This document shows, piece by piece, positions 47,992 through 59,056 of a stretch of 64,000 bases of DNA. Source of the stretch: a virus (lineage: Duplodnaviria; Heunggongvirae; Uroviricota; Caudoviricetes). A program made the position numbers and the translations under genes. Where the stretch lies: IMG/VR virus record IMGVR_UViG_2547132035_000002. One strand, 5' to 3'. Within the stretch, counting starts at the first letter, position 1, and each line of letters begins with the position of its first letter. The notes under the pieces were generated by a model that saw only the letters and a program-made list of their open reading frames with translations, was not told where the DNA came from and made no database searches.

Positions 47992-48324
47992 ATGAATTTA
48001 CAGGAATGCAGAAGATTAAATCATTATAGAAAAACGCGAAAAAGGTTAAATATTACACAGGCTGATGTTGCAAAAGTTATAGGAAAAACACCTCAATATG
48101 TGAGTGCGTTAGAAAGAGGGTTAAATGAACTCTCATATAATGATGCTTATCTTATCTCACGCTATTTTGGAATGTCTCCAGATGCACTTTTTTTAAATGA
48201 TGCATATGAACGCATTTCAAAGGAAAAAGAGTTATGGAAACAGCTAGACGAGGAAAATCTTCATCGGAAGAGAGAGGAGTTTGAAAAGATGTTTCAAAAG
48301 CATTCAAAATCCTCTATAGAATAA
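47992..48324 (+). CDS. XRE-family HTH transcriptional regulator
   Basis: ITQADVAKVIGKTPQYVSALERG helix-turn-helix; start moved to ATG 47992 with RBS ggagggg. Confidence 0.6.
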   Translation: MNLQECRRLNHYRKTRKRLNITQADVAKVIGKTPQYVSALERGLNELSYNDAYLISRYFGMSPDALFLNDAYERISKEKELWKQLDEENLHRKREEFEKMFQKHSKSSIE

Positions 48325-48500
48325 AAAGACTTATCACAAATCAAATGATTTATGATAAAATATATATGTATTATTAAACGACTTTTTATCTGTGTCTACA
48401 GAGAGAAAGTCTTTTTTCTTTTGACAAAAGTCATGGAGACAATACGTATGAGAGAAAAAAGATATCAGATAAAAAGAGCAGAAAAGAAAGGAGAAAATTT

Positions 48501-50297
48501 ATGGCAGCAATTAAAAAAACGATTTATCAAGCATCTAGGATGGCATTTTCTTCAACGGATGCAGGAAGTTTAATTCCAAACACTCAATTTACAGCAAACA
48601 AGGAGGATGAGCATTTTTATTCAATTAAAAATACAACACCTTCACCATCGAGTGGAAAAATCGTATCAAGGCTATCAAGTAAAATTGCTAAAGCAGTAAT
48701 TGATTCGCAAATTGTTGATGAAAACACAATTATGGCGTGGGGAAAAAAGGATAAAAAGGAATTTCTTTTATGTAAATTCACTGGGGGTACGAAAAATCCT
48801 ATTGAAACATTCGTAGTCATTCCAGCAGATAAAATGATTTATGCTACAAATATCTATTCACATCTCTTTTATAGATTGATTTTGGGATATGATTTATTAG
48901 AGTTTGTGAAAAAGGGGAATAAAGCAAGTGATGAAGCAAGAGAAGTTTTCTCATATTTGTGTGAATTTAAAAATCTTCCTAAGGAAAAATATGATTCTAT
49001 AACCGCAGGAACTTTAGTCGAATCATCAGAAGCAGAGAAATTTTTGCCTTTATGTGATTCGCTATATTTTACTGCTAAAACATTTGATGGATTTAATTTC
49101 AAGGAGATTGACAATGATGAACTCATTGATGAAGAATATGCCCCTTATATCCAATATAATATTCTTCCTTTAGTTGCAATGCACAATAATGTATATGATT
49201 TATCTCTTGATATTGGGGATGAAGTAGTTAAGGAAATTCATGCTCCAACTATTAAAAGAAAGAGTAAAAAAGGAAAAGAGGCTAAAGCAGCAACTGTATT
49301 TGTACCATATTCTGAAAGAGACTATTCATTAATGTCTGATGCAGAAGCAAAGAAATTACCACTTGATTTACAAAGAACTCGTCAAATTGCTATGGACTTA
49401 TTTGAAAAAAATAAGGAGTCAATAACAGATGAGTTATGGGAATCAATTCAAAGCTTTAAAAACGGAAATATCTGGAAAATGGGATTCTATGGTCCATCTG
49501 CATCAGGGAAAACAACATTCGTTAAAATGATGGCAGGGGCGTTAAAATTGCCTTTCATGATTCTGACAGGAAATAGTGATACAGAAACATCTCACTTATA
49601 TGGATATATGACAATTAAGGATGGTACAACAGAATTTTGTGAAGGTCCATTGACAAGAATTATGAGATATGGTGGAATCTTTTTCTTTGATGAAAGAAAC
49701 ATGGTGAATGCAGGAGTTGTTTCAGCAACAAATAATGTGCTTGATGATACAAGAATGTATACAATTCCTCAAACTGGAGAAACAATCATCGCTCATGATA
49801 ATTTTAGATATTGTGAAGCTATGAATATAGGATATGAAGGAACAAAAGAAGATAATTTGTCTCATATTTCACGTGTTGATGAGTGGCATAATTTATCAGG
49901 GTATGATGAGATGACAGAAACAAATATCATAGTTAACTCTACGGGTATTGATAGAGATTTAGCTTCTAAGATTATTAAATGCAAGAATAACATCAAGACA
50001 CAAATTAGAGATGATGGAGATGAAACAACACAAAATATTGACTTACGTAATTGTCTATCTTGGGCTAAAAAGATTAAGGATATTGACAATCCAGTAAGGG
50101 CCGCTTTTACAACAGTACTTGCCCCTCTATCAAAAGAAGTTGATAGAGTAAAGGGGTCAAATAAACCAGAAGACTTTACTGCAACAGGAGACCCTGTGAT
50201 TGATTATGCTTATAATGAGATTATGAATACATTTGCAGGCGTTAAACCTAAAATGCCAAGAAAAGAATATGAATTTGAAACAATAGAATTAGTTTAG
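48501..50297 (+). CDS. AAA+ ATPase, MoxR/CobS-like, with a ~320-aa N-terminal extension
   Basis: Walker A GFYGPSASGKTTF, Walker B GGIFFFDERN and sensor region; RBS aaaggag. Confidence 0.7.
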   Translation: MAAIKKTIYQASRMAFSSTDAGSLIPNTQFTANKEDEHFYSIKNTTPSPSSGKIVSRLSSKIAKAVIDSQIVDENTIMAWGKKDKKEFLLCKFTGGTKNPIETFVVIPADKMIYATNIYSHLFYRLILGYDLLEFVKKGNKASDEAREVFSYLCEFKNLPKEKYDSITAGTLVESSEAEKFLPLCDSLYFTAKTFDGFNFKEIDNDELIDEEYAPYIQYNILPLVAMHNNVYDLSLDIGDEVVKEIHAPTIKRKSKKGKEAKAATVFVPYSERDYSLMSDAEAKKLPLDLQRTRQIAMDLFEKNKESITDELWESIQSFKNGNIWKMGFYGPSASGKTTFVKMMAGALKLPFMILTGNSDTETSHLYGYMTIKDGTTEFCEGPLTRIMRYGGIFFFDERNMVNAGVVSATNNVLDDTRMYTIPQTGETIIAHDNFRYCEAMNIGYEGTKEDNLSHISRVDEWHNLSGYDEMTETNIIVNSTGIDRDLASKIIKCKNNIKTQIRDDGDETTQNIDLRNCLSWAKKIKDIDNPVRAAFTTVLAPLSKEVDRVKGSNKPEDFTATGDPVIDYAYNEIMNTFAGVKPKMPRKEYEFETIELV

Positions 50298-50336
50298 GGA
50301 TGATTTTTTCATCCCTTTCAATATAAAGGAGAAATT

Positions 50337-52517
50337 ATGAAGAAACCAACAAAGAAATCACTATTGGGAAAGAAAAGTAAAAAAAGAATTTTAACAGGGA
50401 TAGAATTACTTTCCAGCAAGGGGTACAAAGCTTCTTTCAAGAGTTTGGCTCAGATAGTTTCCAAAAGAATGAACTTAAACTTTTATATGGATAAGGTTGG
50501 GAGCAGTTTTACAAGTTTTGATAAAGATGGCAATCCTATTATGAATATAGATTTGTGGACTTATGAAGATAAAGCCTTTGATACATCTCATTATCATATC
50601 ATTGCAAAAGCCCTCATCTACCATGAGTCTGGGCATTTGCTTTATTCAGACTTTAATATAATAGGTCAGCTTCACCAAGACTTTTGTGATGCTAAAAAAG
50701 AAGTAGAAAAAGCAGCAAATGATTATCATTCTGCCAAGGAAGAAGATAAGGCAGATTTAATTCCTCTTGTCAGAGAAAAGGTAGGAGACTTTGTTTTTAA
50801 AGTTAATATGCCAGAGGTCAATAACATATATGAAGACTTATCTGTAGATAGATGTATGTGTGAAAAAGGAAGGGAAGAAAATGGATGCCTAACATTTTTA
50901 AGGGATATAGGACATGATAAGCAGAAAGAACTTTTCAGACAGGCCATTGAATCAGGTTATGTATGCCTTGACATGGATAATTGGGATGACAATACTCTAA
51001 GAGCTGTGCTTTTTGAAGCACAGGCTTTTGGACATGTTGGATATCGAAAACATATTGATATACAGGTATTGAATGCATTGTTTGAAGATGATGATATTGA
51101 AAAGATTAAGAATCTTGCTTTATATGCAAGATTTGAAGCACCAACAACCTATGAAAGAGCAGCAACTGCCAAAGCATTACTGAATCTTTGTCAGCCACTA
51201 CTTGACAAAATAGCAGATAATCTTACAAATGAGTACCTTTATAATATTGACCATGCCAAAGAGATGATGGAAAAAATGGCAAAAGAGGCAGAAAGTCATA
51301 GTAAAAGTACAGGTTCAGTTGATTCAGAAGTAGTGAAAAGCATGGGCGGAGGAGGCACTGCGAGAGGTGGTGCTAAAATGAAATCTTCTGCTCCAAGCAA
51401 ATATGATTTAGGATTGCCTGAGGATTTAAAAAAGGAAATGGAAGAATCTGCAAAAGAACTTGGTAAAGAGAGTCTGAAAGATGAAGCTGATTCAAAGTCA
51501 GATGAATCAGCTGCTCCAGAAAGAACAAAACCAACAGCAAAGGAATTAGAAGATGAAGCCATCAATTCAATGAGTGAAGCTTTAGATGGAGCATCAAAAA
51601 CTTTCGAGAAGACTGAAGATAGAGCAGAGAAAGCCTCTATTACATCTGATGAAGATGAAAGAGCAGGCGAGACAGCGTGTCATCATAGCGTTTCTGTATC
51701 TATGATTGATTTGGAGGATTCTCTTTCTATGAAAGAAGAATATACATCAGAGGGAAAAGAAGCATTAAAAATGATAAAGAAAGATGAATTATCATCATCT
51801 GTGAATGAATTATCTAAAAAAATGAAAAAGATACTTATGCACAGAAGTCAGGATGATATATCAAAAGGCAGATTTGAAGGAAGCATAGATATGAGTGGAC
51901 TTTATAGAATAAAAACTGATTTGCAGGTTTTTAAGAAGGAAACGTCTGGAGAGAAGAAAAAAGTCCGATTTATCATTTTAGTAGATGAATCAGGAAGTAT
52001 GAGAGGTTCTAAAATAGAAAATGCAATCGTTGGCTGCTGGATGGTAGCAAAGGCTGCTCAAAAGCTGAAAATCCCATTTGCTGTATATGGACATGATGAA
52101 GATTTTTCTTCAGAAGTATTTAGAATAAGAAAATATATATCTTTCCAAAACTGTCGAAAACTTCAGGCCCTCGATAATCTCTTTCATATTAAGGCTCATG
52201 ACAATAACCGAGATGGGTTGGCTATATTTCATTCTTTAAGGGAGTTGGTAAAATCATCTCAACCTGATGAAGACCTTTATTTCTTTATACTTTCAGATGG
52301 CGAACCTGCAGCAGCACAATATAGTGGAGCTTCTGCAATAGAGGATATGCAGAAAATCATGAATACTTTTAAAAAACATTATCAAGTCCATTCAGTTGGC
52401 ATTGGTTTAGGTAATTTTGATTTTGATTCAATTAGACAAATTTATGAAAATTCTGTATGTGTTAAGAATCCGCAGAATCTGCCAAATGAAATGTTTAAGG
52501 TGTTTAAAAAATGCTAA
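50337..52517 (+). CDS. vWA-domain protein with N-terminal HExxH motif (CobT/ViaA-like partner of the AAA+ ATPase)
   Basis: ALIYHESGHLLYSD (HExxH), an acidic/Lys-rich linker, then C-terminal vWA with MIDAS VDESGSMRGS. Confidence 0.65.
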   Translation: MKKPTKKSLLGKKSKKRILTGIELLSSKGYKASFKSLAQIVSKRMNLNFYMDKVGSSFTSFDKDGNPIMNIDLWTYEDKAFDTSHYHIIAKALIYHESGHLLYSDFNIIGQLHQDFCDAKKEVEKAANDYHSAKEEDKADLIPLVREKVGDFVFKVNMPEVNNIYEDLSVDRCMCEKGREENGCLTFLRDIGHDKQKELFRQAIESGYVCLDMDNWDDNTLRAVLFEAQAFGHVGYRKHIDIQVLNALFEDDDIEKIKNLALYARFEAPTTYERAATAKALLNLCQPLLDKIADNLTNEYLYNIDHAKEMMEKMAKEAESHSKSTGSVDSEVVKSMGGGGTARGGAKMKSSAPSKYDLGLPEDLKKEMEESAKELGKESLKDEADSKSDESAAPERTKPTAKELEDEAINSMSEALDGASKTFEKTEDRAEKASITSDEDERAGETACHHSVSVSMIDLEDSLSMKEEYTSEGKEALKMIKKDELSSSVNELSKKMKKILMHRSQDDISKGRFEGSIDMSGLYRIKTDLQVFKKETSGEKKKVRFIILVDESGSMRGSKIENAIVGCWMVAKAAQKLKIPFAVYGHDEDFSSEVFRIRKYISFQNCRKLQALDNLFHIKAHDNNRDGLAIFHSLRELVKSSQPDEDLYFFILSDGEPAAAQYSGASAIEDMQKIMNTFKKHYQVHSVGIGLGNFDFDSIRQIYENSVCVKNPQNLPNEMFKVFKKC

Positions 52518-52601
52518 AATTATAAATTGATTGATATTCAAATGAACATAGTACATATCCTTTGATATGTGGTAAAATATAAGGGTAATATATACGAAAC
52601 A

Positions 52602-52640
52602 AAAGAATCTACATAGCAATTGTAGATTCTTTTTATTTGG
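52602..52640 (+). terminator. rho-independent terminator (aagaatctaca/tgtagattctt plus T-run)
   Basis: 11-bp stem, TTTTTATTT. Confidence 0.5.
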
Positions 52641-52665
52641 AGAATGAAAGGAGAGAAAACCATTA

Positions 52666-53238
52666 ATGAATTATGATTATGCTGGGCAATATATCGTTAT
52701 TGATTTAGAATTTTCAAAAGAAAGGAATAAGACAGAAATATTTGAATTAGCAGCTAAGAAAATATATACAACAAGATATGGAGAAAGAATTATTGAAGGA
52801 GATAAATTCAGAAGAATCATTAAACCTCATAACATTCCTTCCAATTCTATCTTGTCCTTAACAGGAGTTTCAAGAGATGAAATACTATCATCAATAAATT
52901 TTAGTGAAGTTTTTAAAGAATTCCTGAAATGGATTCATAAGGATAATTTAGAGACTTTATATGTATCATGGGGGCCTAGAGATTCAGCAGTTTTAAGAGT
53001 GAACTGTAAGGATAATGGATTCGAGAAGGAGTTTAATGAGATGACGTTTATTGACCTTCAATCCTATATCATGGAACAGGAAAACTTTCAGCAGTTGCCA
53101 TCACTTATGCAGATTGTTGAAAAGGAATTTGGAGAGTTTAAGGGGACTGAACATCATGCTTCTTATGATGCATATAATACAGCTTTGCTAATGAAAAAAA
53201 AGCTAGAGAATTTAAATGGGATAGAGCATAAAAAGTAA
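52666..53238 (+). CDS. DEDDh 3'-5' exonuclease (DnaQ/KapD-like)
   Basis: IVIDLEFS (Exo I) and HHASYDAYNTA (Exo III H-x4-D). Confidence 0.65.
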   Translation: MNYDYAGQYIVIDLEFSKERNKTEIFELAAKKIYTTRYGERIIEGDKFRRIIKPHNIPSNSILSLTGVSRDEILSSINFSEVFKEFLKWIHKDNLETLYVSWGPRDSAVLRVNCKDNGFEKEFNEMTFIDLQSYIMEQENFQQLPSLMQIVEKEFGEFKGTEHHASYDAYNTALLMKKKLENLNGIEHKK

Positions 53239-53309
53239 TCATTGTAAAGGTGTGGACGAGCAGTGAAATGCCCCCAAAATTGGCAATTTAAATGGAAAGA
53301 AGGGTGTAA

Positions 53310-54152
53310 ATGTTTAATAATAAATTCAAGAAATATAAGAAAGTTTATTTTATTGATTGTGAAAATGTAGGTTTTGAATTGCCTTTTCCAATTGATAAAA
53401 ATGCGTACTATTATTATTTTTGCAATAATAATGCAAAAATAGATTTTAATAGTGTGAATACATTGATGAATCATAGAAATATAGGGCTTTATACACATAC
53501 AGCCAGTAAACAAAAGAAGAACTCACTAGATTTTTGTATTGTTGTTGAGCTAACAAAGATGGTTTTAAAATATAAAGAAAACAAAGAGTATTATATTGTA
53601 TCGAAAGATAAAGGATATGGTGATGCCATAAACATATTAAAAGGTGATTATAGCATCAACATTGACTGCATACCTAATGTATCTATTAGTCAAATACTTA
53701 CTGATTATCAAAAAGAACCACTCTTAATAAAGAGATTGGAAAAATTTATAGATTTGGACATGCTAGTGTATATAAGAAATGAGAATGAGCTATGCCAATT
53801 ACTAGGTCAGCTTAACTATGATAAGTTAATATTACTTAGACATGAAGAGATTCGTAATGATATATTGAATTTGAAATGGGATATATTTAATAGAGAATTT
53901 CAATTTTTAATAAACGGAAAACAAATAAATAAGTTGAAGGAATATAAAAAGGCACTAAAATGTTTCGAAAATTATTCAAATAATAAAAGACTGTATCCAA
54001 GTCGGAAGTTAAAAGAAAAGGCGGAAAAATTATCTATTAGTGATTATGTAGTTGAAGCTTATCAAAGTAAAATGGACCTGCTTGACTGTTTGAAAAATCA
54101 TCTAGGAAATGAAGAGGGGATAAAAGTATTTAACGAGTTTGTAAAATGTTAA
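53310..54152 (+). CDS. hypothetical protein with N-terminal NYN/PIN-like motif
   Basis: KVYFIDCENVGFE resembles the NYN LIDGENV. Confidence 0.35.
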   Translation: MFNNKFKKYKKVYFIDCENVGFELPFPIDKNAYYYYFCNNNAKIDFNSVNTLMNHRNIGLYTHTASKQKKNSLDFCIVVELTKMVLKYKENKEYYIVSKDKGYGDAINILKGDYSINIDCIPNVSISQILTDYQKEPLLIKRLEKFIDLDMLVYIRNENELCQLLGQLNYDKLILLRHEEIRNDILNLKWDIFNREFQFLINGKQINKLKEYKKALKCFENYSNNKRLYPSRKLKEKAEKLSISDYVVEAYQSKMDLLDCLKNHLGNEEGIKVFNEFVKC

Positions 54153-54280
54153 TTGAGGGAATCTGAGAGGGTTCTCTTTTTTATTATCTTGAGTTTAAGC
54201 TACAAGATAGATAATTTCAAATCACAATCAAAAATAAATAAAAAACAAAAACATTATATAATATAATTAAGCCAAGGAAA

Positions 54281-54448
54281 AAGGGAGCCTTTGCTCCCTT
54301 GCTTTTTATGGCTCATGTCTCCAAAATTCTGAGACAACGTTAATAGTCCCATCTACAAAAACGATGAATAGGATACTTGGCAAGCATTTTTTTAGGGCAG
54401 GTTTTATCCTGCAAGCCAAAGGCAAATTCACCTCTACGCAGAGTAATA
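54281..54448 (-). repeat. repeat element copy 2 (internally deleted), remnant of the small Cys/His-rich protein gene
   Basis: It shares the hairpin and flanking blocks with copy 1 but lacks 69 bp bounded by the direct repeat catctaca, and no start codon is apparent. Confidence 0.55.
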
Positions 54449-54725
54449 CTTGTTTTCTCCTTTATTTTATAGTCTATCTAGATTATAAAAAAATAGGGAA
54501 TAAAGGAGGCTTCTGTGTAGTTTTATTTTGTCGCGAATTAGGTGTAAACTCATGCAATAGTTGAATCATATAGTCAAAAAAATGAAAATAAAACCGTATA
54601 GAAATCATTCAGATTCTAAATAAATGAATTGTTTCTATACGGAGGTGATAAAATTTTTTGTGTTTGTGTTATTTGAAATAAGAAAAGTATACAAAGGAAG
54701 AAGTAAAAAACTTCTTCTTTAGGTT

Positions 54726-55193
54726 TTATAAATACAACAAATATACCTGTAATCCCCCAACAATCCCAAAAGCCACCAGCATAATACTTCCAAGAGGAAT
54801 CATAATCTTCTGATGTCCCTTTAAGACTCCTTTTTTATTATTTCTTTTTTTAAGAAGCTGATATATTGAATAGAACCAGCCTAATATAAAGGAAATAAGA
54901 AGGATAATAAGAGTGTATTCCAGACCCATAAGAGCCCCAACACTTAAAATAAGCTTTGCATCACCTCCACCAATCTGATGCAGTTTAAAGAGGATAATAC
55001 AAAGAATAAGGGCAGGAATTAGCCAAAGACAATTCATGAATCCCTCTTTAGGTCCATAGAGCAGGAGTGTATTAAGAATACCAATAGCTATGAAGGGAAG
55101 AGTCATCCAGTTATATATTTTTCTGAACTTTGTATCAGTGTAGGCACAGATACTTAAGAGAACAAATGTAAAAGCGATATCTAAATAGGGCAT
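54726..55193 (-). CDS. A24-family prepilin peptidase (CpaA/TadV-like)
   Basis: YTDTKFRKIYNW (first catalytic Asp) and IGGGDAKL (second Asp motif); polytopic. Confidence 0.65.
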   Translation of the reverse strand: MPYLDIAFTFVLLSICAYTDTKFRKIYNWMTLPFIAIGILNTLLLYGPKEGFMNCLWLIPALILCIILFKLHQIGGGDAKLILSVGALMGLEYTLIILLISFILGWFYSIYQLLKKRNNKKGVLKGHQKIMIPLGSIMLVAFGIVGGLQVYLLYL

Positions 55194-55565
55194 TGAACCA
55201 CCTCCAATTATAATAAGAGGCTATAGCAAACCACTATAACCTTGTTTATGTTTTTATTCTATTTTCATAGAAATATACCTCGATTAGAAAATATATATAT
55301 ATTATATCATAGAGTAGAAATTATATTATGCTATTGATAAAAAAGGAATTTTGTCTTGTGGAAAGTGATTTGGTGAAGTCACAATTTGTGACCTTGATAA
55401 TTTTTATTTAATCTATTTCTTCAAGTGATAACTCATACATAAAATCACTAGGAAATTTTTCTATATTTCTATTCTATAATCTAAAGTTTGTTGAAGAATG
55501 CAAATATTTATGAAAAAGAAGCCAAAACATAGTTTGTAGAGGCTTCACTAAGTCACATTAGGTTT

Positions 55566-57206
55566 CTAGCAATACTGGCATGCCAATTTCTGAATTTGAG
55601 TTGAATCAATTGTTTCTTTATCCAAAAGTTCCAAGGCAATGGCATCTAAAAGGTTTTTATGCATAGTTAATAAATCTTTACTCTTTAAATAGCATTCATC
55701 AAGAATTGATTTGATTTCAATATCAACCTTTTCAGATGTTCGAGGTGAAAGATTTCGAACATCGTCCATTTGCACAAGACCCAATTGACTCATCCCATAT
55801 TGGCAGATATATCGCCTAGCTAGGTTTGTTGCTTGTTTCAAATCACTTGTTGCTCCATTTGTAATGTCATTAAACATTAAATCTTCAGCAGCTCGTCCTG
55901 CAAGAAGTCCAGTAATTTCAGCAAGAATACTGTTTTTTGTATTAAGAAAACGCTCTTCTTTTTCAGAAAACAAGTTATACCCACCAGCATCACCTCGAGG
56001 GATGATTGTGATTTTTTCAACCTGCATGGCATTTTCCAAAGTCAATCCTACAACAGCATGACCAGCTTCATGATAAGCAACGATGTTTCTTTCTATATCA
56101 ATATATTTTCTGTTCTTTTTTGATGGACCCATAAGAACCCTATCAATTGCTTCATCCACGAAATCATTTGTAATGAATGGTTTATTTTCTCTTACAGCGA
56201 ACAGAGCACTCTCGTTAAGGACTGCAGCAAGCTGAGCTCCCGAAAATCCTGGAGTCTTTCTTGAAATACTTTCCAAATCCAAATCCAAAGAGACCTTCTT
56301 GTTTTTGGAATGTACTTTTAGGATTTCTAATCGTTCCTCTTTTGTGGGCAATCCGACAAGAATCTGTCTATCAAAACGCCCAGGACGCAGTAGGGCTTCA
56401 TCTAGCATATCCTTACGATTTGTTGCAGCAATCACAATGATATCATTTGATTTCTCAAATCCATCCATTTCAACTAGTAACTGATTTAAGGTTTTGTCTT
56501 TTTCTGCGTCATTTCCAGAAAGATTACGAGCTCCACCAATAGCATCAATTTCATCAATAAAGATAATACAAGGACCCTGTGCTTTTTTAGCTTCTTCAAA
56601 TAATTCGCGGACACGAGCAGCCCCAACCCCAGAAAACTTTTCTACAAATTCTGAGCCAGAACAATAAATATACTTGACATTAGCTTCACCAGCAACAGCT
56701 CTTGCAAGCATTGTTTTTCCTGTGCCAGGAGGCCCCATAAATAGAATTCCATGAGGTATGTGTGCACCCATTTCATTATATTTTTGAGGATTTTTAAGGA
56801 AATCAATAACTTCCATAAGGTCTTCTTTGACCTCACTACATCCAGCCACATCACTCATCCTTGTTTTCATATTGTCTGGTGAGTAGACTTTAAATAGAGT
56901 AGGTGTAGAATTTTCAGTATCTGACTTCATAGATGCATTCCTATTGCTGGGGTGAGAATGCATAGCTGTTTGGGTTAACTGAACAGCTTCATTTGTAAGA
57001 ATTTCATTTCTATGAGCCATTTCATTTGTTCTGAGCTGATTATATGTGATGATAGCTAAGCTAATTAAGCCTACAAGAAGAAAAGCAATAAGAACGCCAT
57101 CAGTAACTGCTGTATATCTTAAATATATATAAATAGCAATGAAAACGAGCCCATAGAGAAATGGGATAATTGAGTTTTTTTTCATCGATTCTTTTTTCTT
57201 TTTCAT
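55566..57206 (-). CDS. ftsH: ATP-dependent zinc metalloprotease FtsH
   Basis: N-terminal TM, AAA Walker [12 protein letters not shown], Walker [13 protein letters not shown], and HEAGHAV zinc motif. Confidence 0.85.
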   Translation of the reverse strand: MKKKKESMKKNSIIPFLYGLVFIAIYIYLRYTAVTDGVLIAFLLVGLISLAIITYNQLRTNEMAHRNEILTNEAVQLTQTAMHSHPSNRNASMKSDTENSTPTLFKVYSPDNMKTRMSDVAGCSEVKEDLMEVIDFLKNPQKYNEMGAHIPHGILFMGPPGTGKTMLARAVAGEANVKYIYCSGSEFVEKFSGVGAARVRELFEEAKKAQGPCIIFIDEIDAIGGARNLSGNDAEKDKTLNQLLVEMDGFEKSNDIIVIAATNRKDMLDEALLRPGRFDRQILVGLPTKEERLEILKVHSKNKKVSLDLDLESISRKTPGFSGAQLAAVLNESALFAVRENKPFITNDFVDEAIDRVLMGPSKKNRKYIDIERNIVAYHEAGHAVVGLTLENAMQVEKITIIPRGDAGGYNLFSEKEERFLNTKNSILAEITGLLAGRAAEDLMFNDITNGATSDLKQATNLARRYICQYGMSQLGLVQMDDVRNLSPRTSEKVDIEIKSILDECYLKSKDLLTMHKNLLDAIALELLDKETIDSTQIQKLACQYC

Positions 57207-57329
57207 AAAATATCACTCCACTTATGTAAATATTACAGTGATATTATATCATATGAAGAGGTATTAGTCAATATAAATTAACTCTAAGTTAACAGTGGAT
57301 ATAAAATAAAAGGTATCTTCTGATACCTC

Positions 57330-57827
57330 TTAAAATTTCAAATCAAAGATAACTTTCCCCATGATATCCTGAACAGGAATACTTCCAAAAACCCGAGAAT
57401 CTATACTATGATTTCGGTTGTCTCCCATAATAAACACTGTATTCTTCTTTACAGTCATTTTATGCATATCCTTATTCATTGTTTCATCTATGTAGTCTTC
57501 CTTTACTTTTTTATCATTAATAATGAGTTGGCCTTTTTTAATTTCTACAGTATCACCTGCGGTTGCTACAACTCGTTTAATGATGTCTATATCTAAATCT
57601 TTAGACTTGCCATCTACAATCACGATATCTCCTTTTTGAGGAGAATGGTTTTTATAGGCGATTTTTGAAGAGATTAAAAAGTCATTGTTCTGATATGTTG
57701 GATTCATTGAATCACCATTCACTAAAACCAGTTGAAAACAGAAATTAATTCCAATAACCAGAAGAATCGAAATAATAATAGGAATAATATCAAGTATTCG
57801 TCTTTTTTTAGTATTGTGTCTTGTCAT
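57330..57827 (-). CDS. signal peptidase I (SipS/LepB family)
   Basis: GDSMNPT (Ser box), KRVVATAGD (Lys box) and GDNRNHSIDSR. Confidence 0.8.
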   Translation of the reverse strand: MTRHNTKKRRILDIIPIIISILLVIGINFCFQLVLVNGDSMNPTYQNNDFLISSKIAYKNHSPQKGDIVIVDGKSKDLDIDIIKRVVATAGDTVEIKKGQLIINDKKVKEDYIDETMNKDMHKMTVKKNTVFIMGDNRNHSIDSRVFGSIPVQDIMGKVIFDLKF

Positions 57828-58593
57828 TGGGTACCTCGTTATCTTCTATAAAAGTAATAATATTGTGGAAGAGAAACTTTATTTTATCTACAGTTTTATC
57901 TGTGTGAAAATGTCCACAATACCACTGTTTATAATTTAATTTCTTTTCTACATGTTCAAGGAATTCCTCTGTTGTATTATCTACGAGGTCCTGTTGAATT
58001 CCACTTAAAAACATTTCAGTTGGCATATAGTGAAATGGACAAGTGTGTGAAAGAACAATATCAACTTTCCAGTTATGAGTTTCTAGATTTTTTAAAAACA
58101 ATTTATCTTTACCAGTTATTACTGGTTGTTCTTCAGGGAACCAGTTTCTATTCATTGCAATTCTATAATTTTTATCAACACTATACGCTCCACCAAGTAT
58201 TGCAACGCTTTTTCCTAAAAAATTATAGACTTCACCTTCGTTTGCAAAAAGAATATTTGGATAATTATCTTGTAAAAATACAGATTGCTCTTTAAAAAGT
58301 GGATGAACATTCTGTATTAGATGATATCCTTTTACAAGTTCAGCCGGAGCCTCGTGATTTCCTTGAATACAGAATAGAGTTATTGGTAAATATGACAGAT
58401 AATTTTTAAAACATAAGTTCTCTTGTGTATCTTCATAACTGTATTGAGAATTATGAAAGGAATTGACATTATAATTAATTCCTGAATCTCCAACAATGAT
58501 TAAAATATCTTTTACTGTTGTGTTCATCTTTTCACAAAATGTATGTATAGAAGAAAAATCACCATGGGTATCACCAGTTATAAAAATTCTCAT
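57808..58593 (-). CDS. calcineurin-like metallophosphoesterase
   Basis: IFITGDTHGDF, VGDSG and GNHE motifs. Confidence 0.65.
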   Translation of the reverse strand: MRIFITGDTHGDFSSIHTFCEKMNTTVKDILIIVGDSGINYNVNSFHNSQYSYEDTQENLCFKNYLSYLPITLFCIQGNHEAPAELVKGYHLIQNVHPLFKEQSVFLQDNYPNILFANEGEVYNFLGKSVAILGGAYSVDKNYRIAMNRNWFPEEQPVITGKDKLFLKNLETHNWKVDIVLSHTCPFHYMPTEMFLSGIQQDLVDNTTEEFLEHVEKKLNYKQWYCGHFHTDKTVDKIKFLFHNIITFIEDNEVPNDKTQY

Positions 58594-59051
58594 TTTTTTA
58601 CCTCTCTTTTTGCAGTGTATTGTTCATTTGTATTTAAATTGACAATAGATAATTGGTCTTTTCCACTTAACTGGAAGGCAAATTCACTCAGTTTTCCATC
58701 AGCTTGTTGGCTAGCATCTACACCGTTTATGTCCACTGTTGTATAAGTGACACTTAAATAATAAATGTGTGTGTTTAATAATTTATCTTTGTTCGCATCA
58801 GGGACCTTAATTGCATTAAGTGCTTCTTCTCCAGAGAGAATGGTTACATCTTTTCCTTTTAAGTAATCTGTATCTGTTTTATTAATGTTTTGATACCAAA
58901 CAAATGTATTTTCCTCAATAAGCATAAGAGACTGATTATTTAACAACCATTTTCCTTCTATTCCTTTTAGTTGCCGACTTGTACATCCAGTACAAAAAAA
59001 ACAAATAACAAGAAAAGAGAAGATAATAAGATTTATTTTTTTATGATGCAT
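58590..59051 (-). CDS. lipoprotein
   Basis: Signal peptide with lipobox FFCTGC. Confidence 0.5.
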   Translation of the reverse strand: MHHKKINLIIFSFLVICFFCTGCTSRQLKGIEGKWLLNNQSLMLIEENTFVWYQNINKTDTDYLKGKDVTILSGEEALNAIKVPDANKDKLLNTHIYYLSVTYTTVDINGVDASQQADGKLSEFAFQLSGKDQLSIVNLNTNEQYTAKREVKK

Positions 59052-59056
59052 TTTTT

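Noticed and set aside
48352-48573. ORF 48352..48573 (+) overlapping the AAA+ ATPase start
   Set aside because: It overlaps the RBS and start of the 48501 gene in another frame; it is basic, low complexity and has no RBS.
54364-54564. ORF 54364..54564 (+) on repeat copy 2
   Set aside because: It runs antisense to the conserved minus-strand coding frame shared by both repeat copies, and it is absent as an ORF on copy 1.
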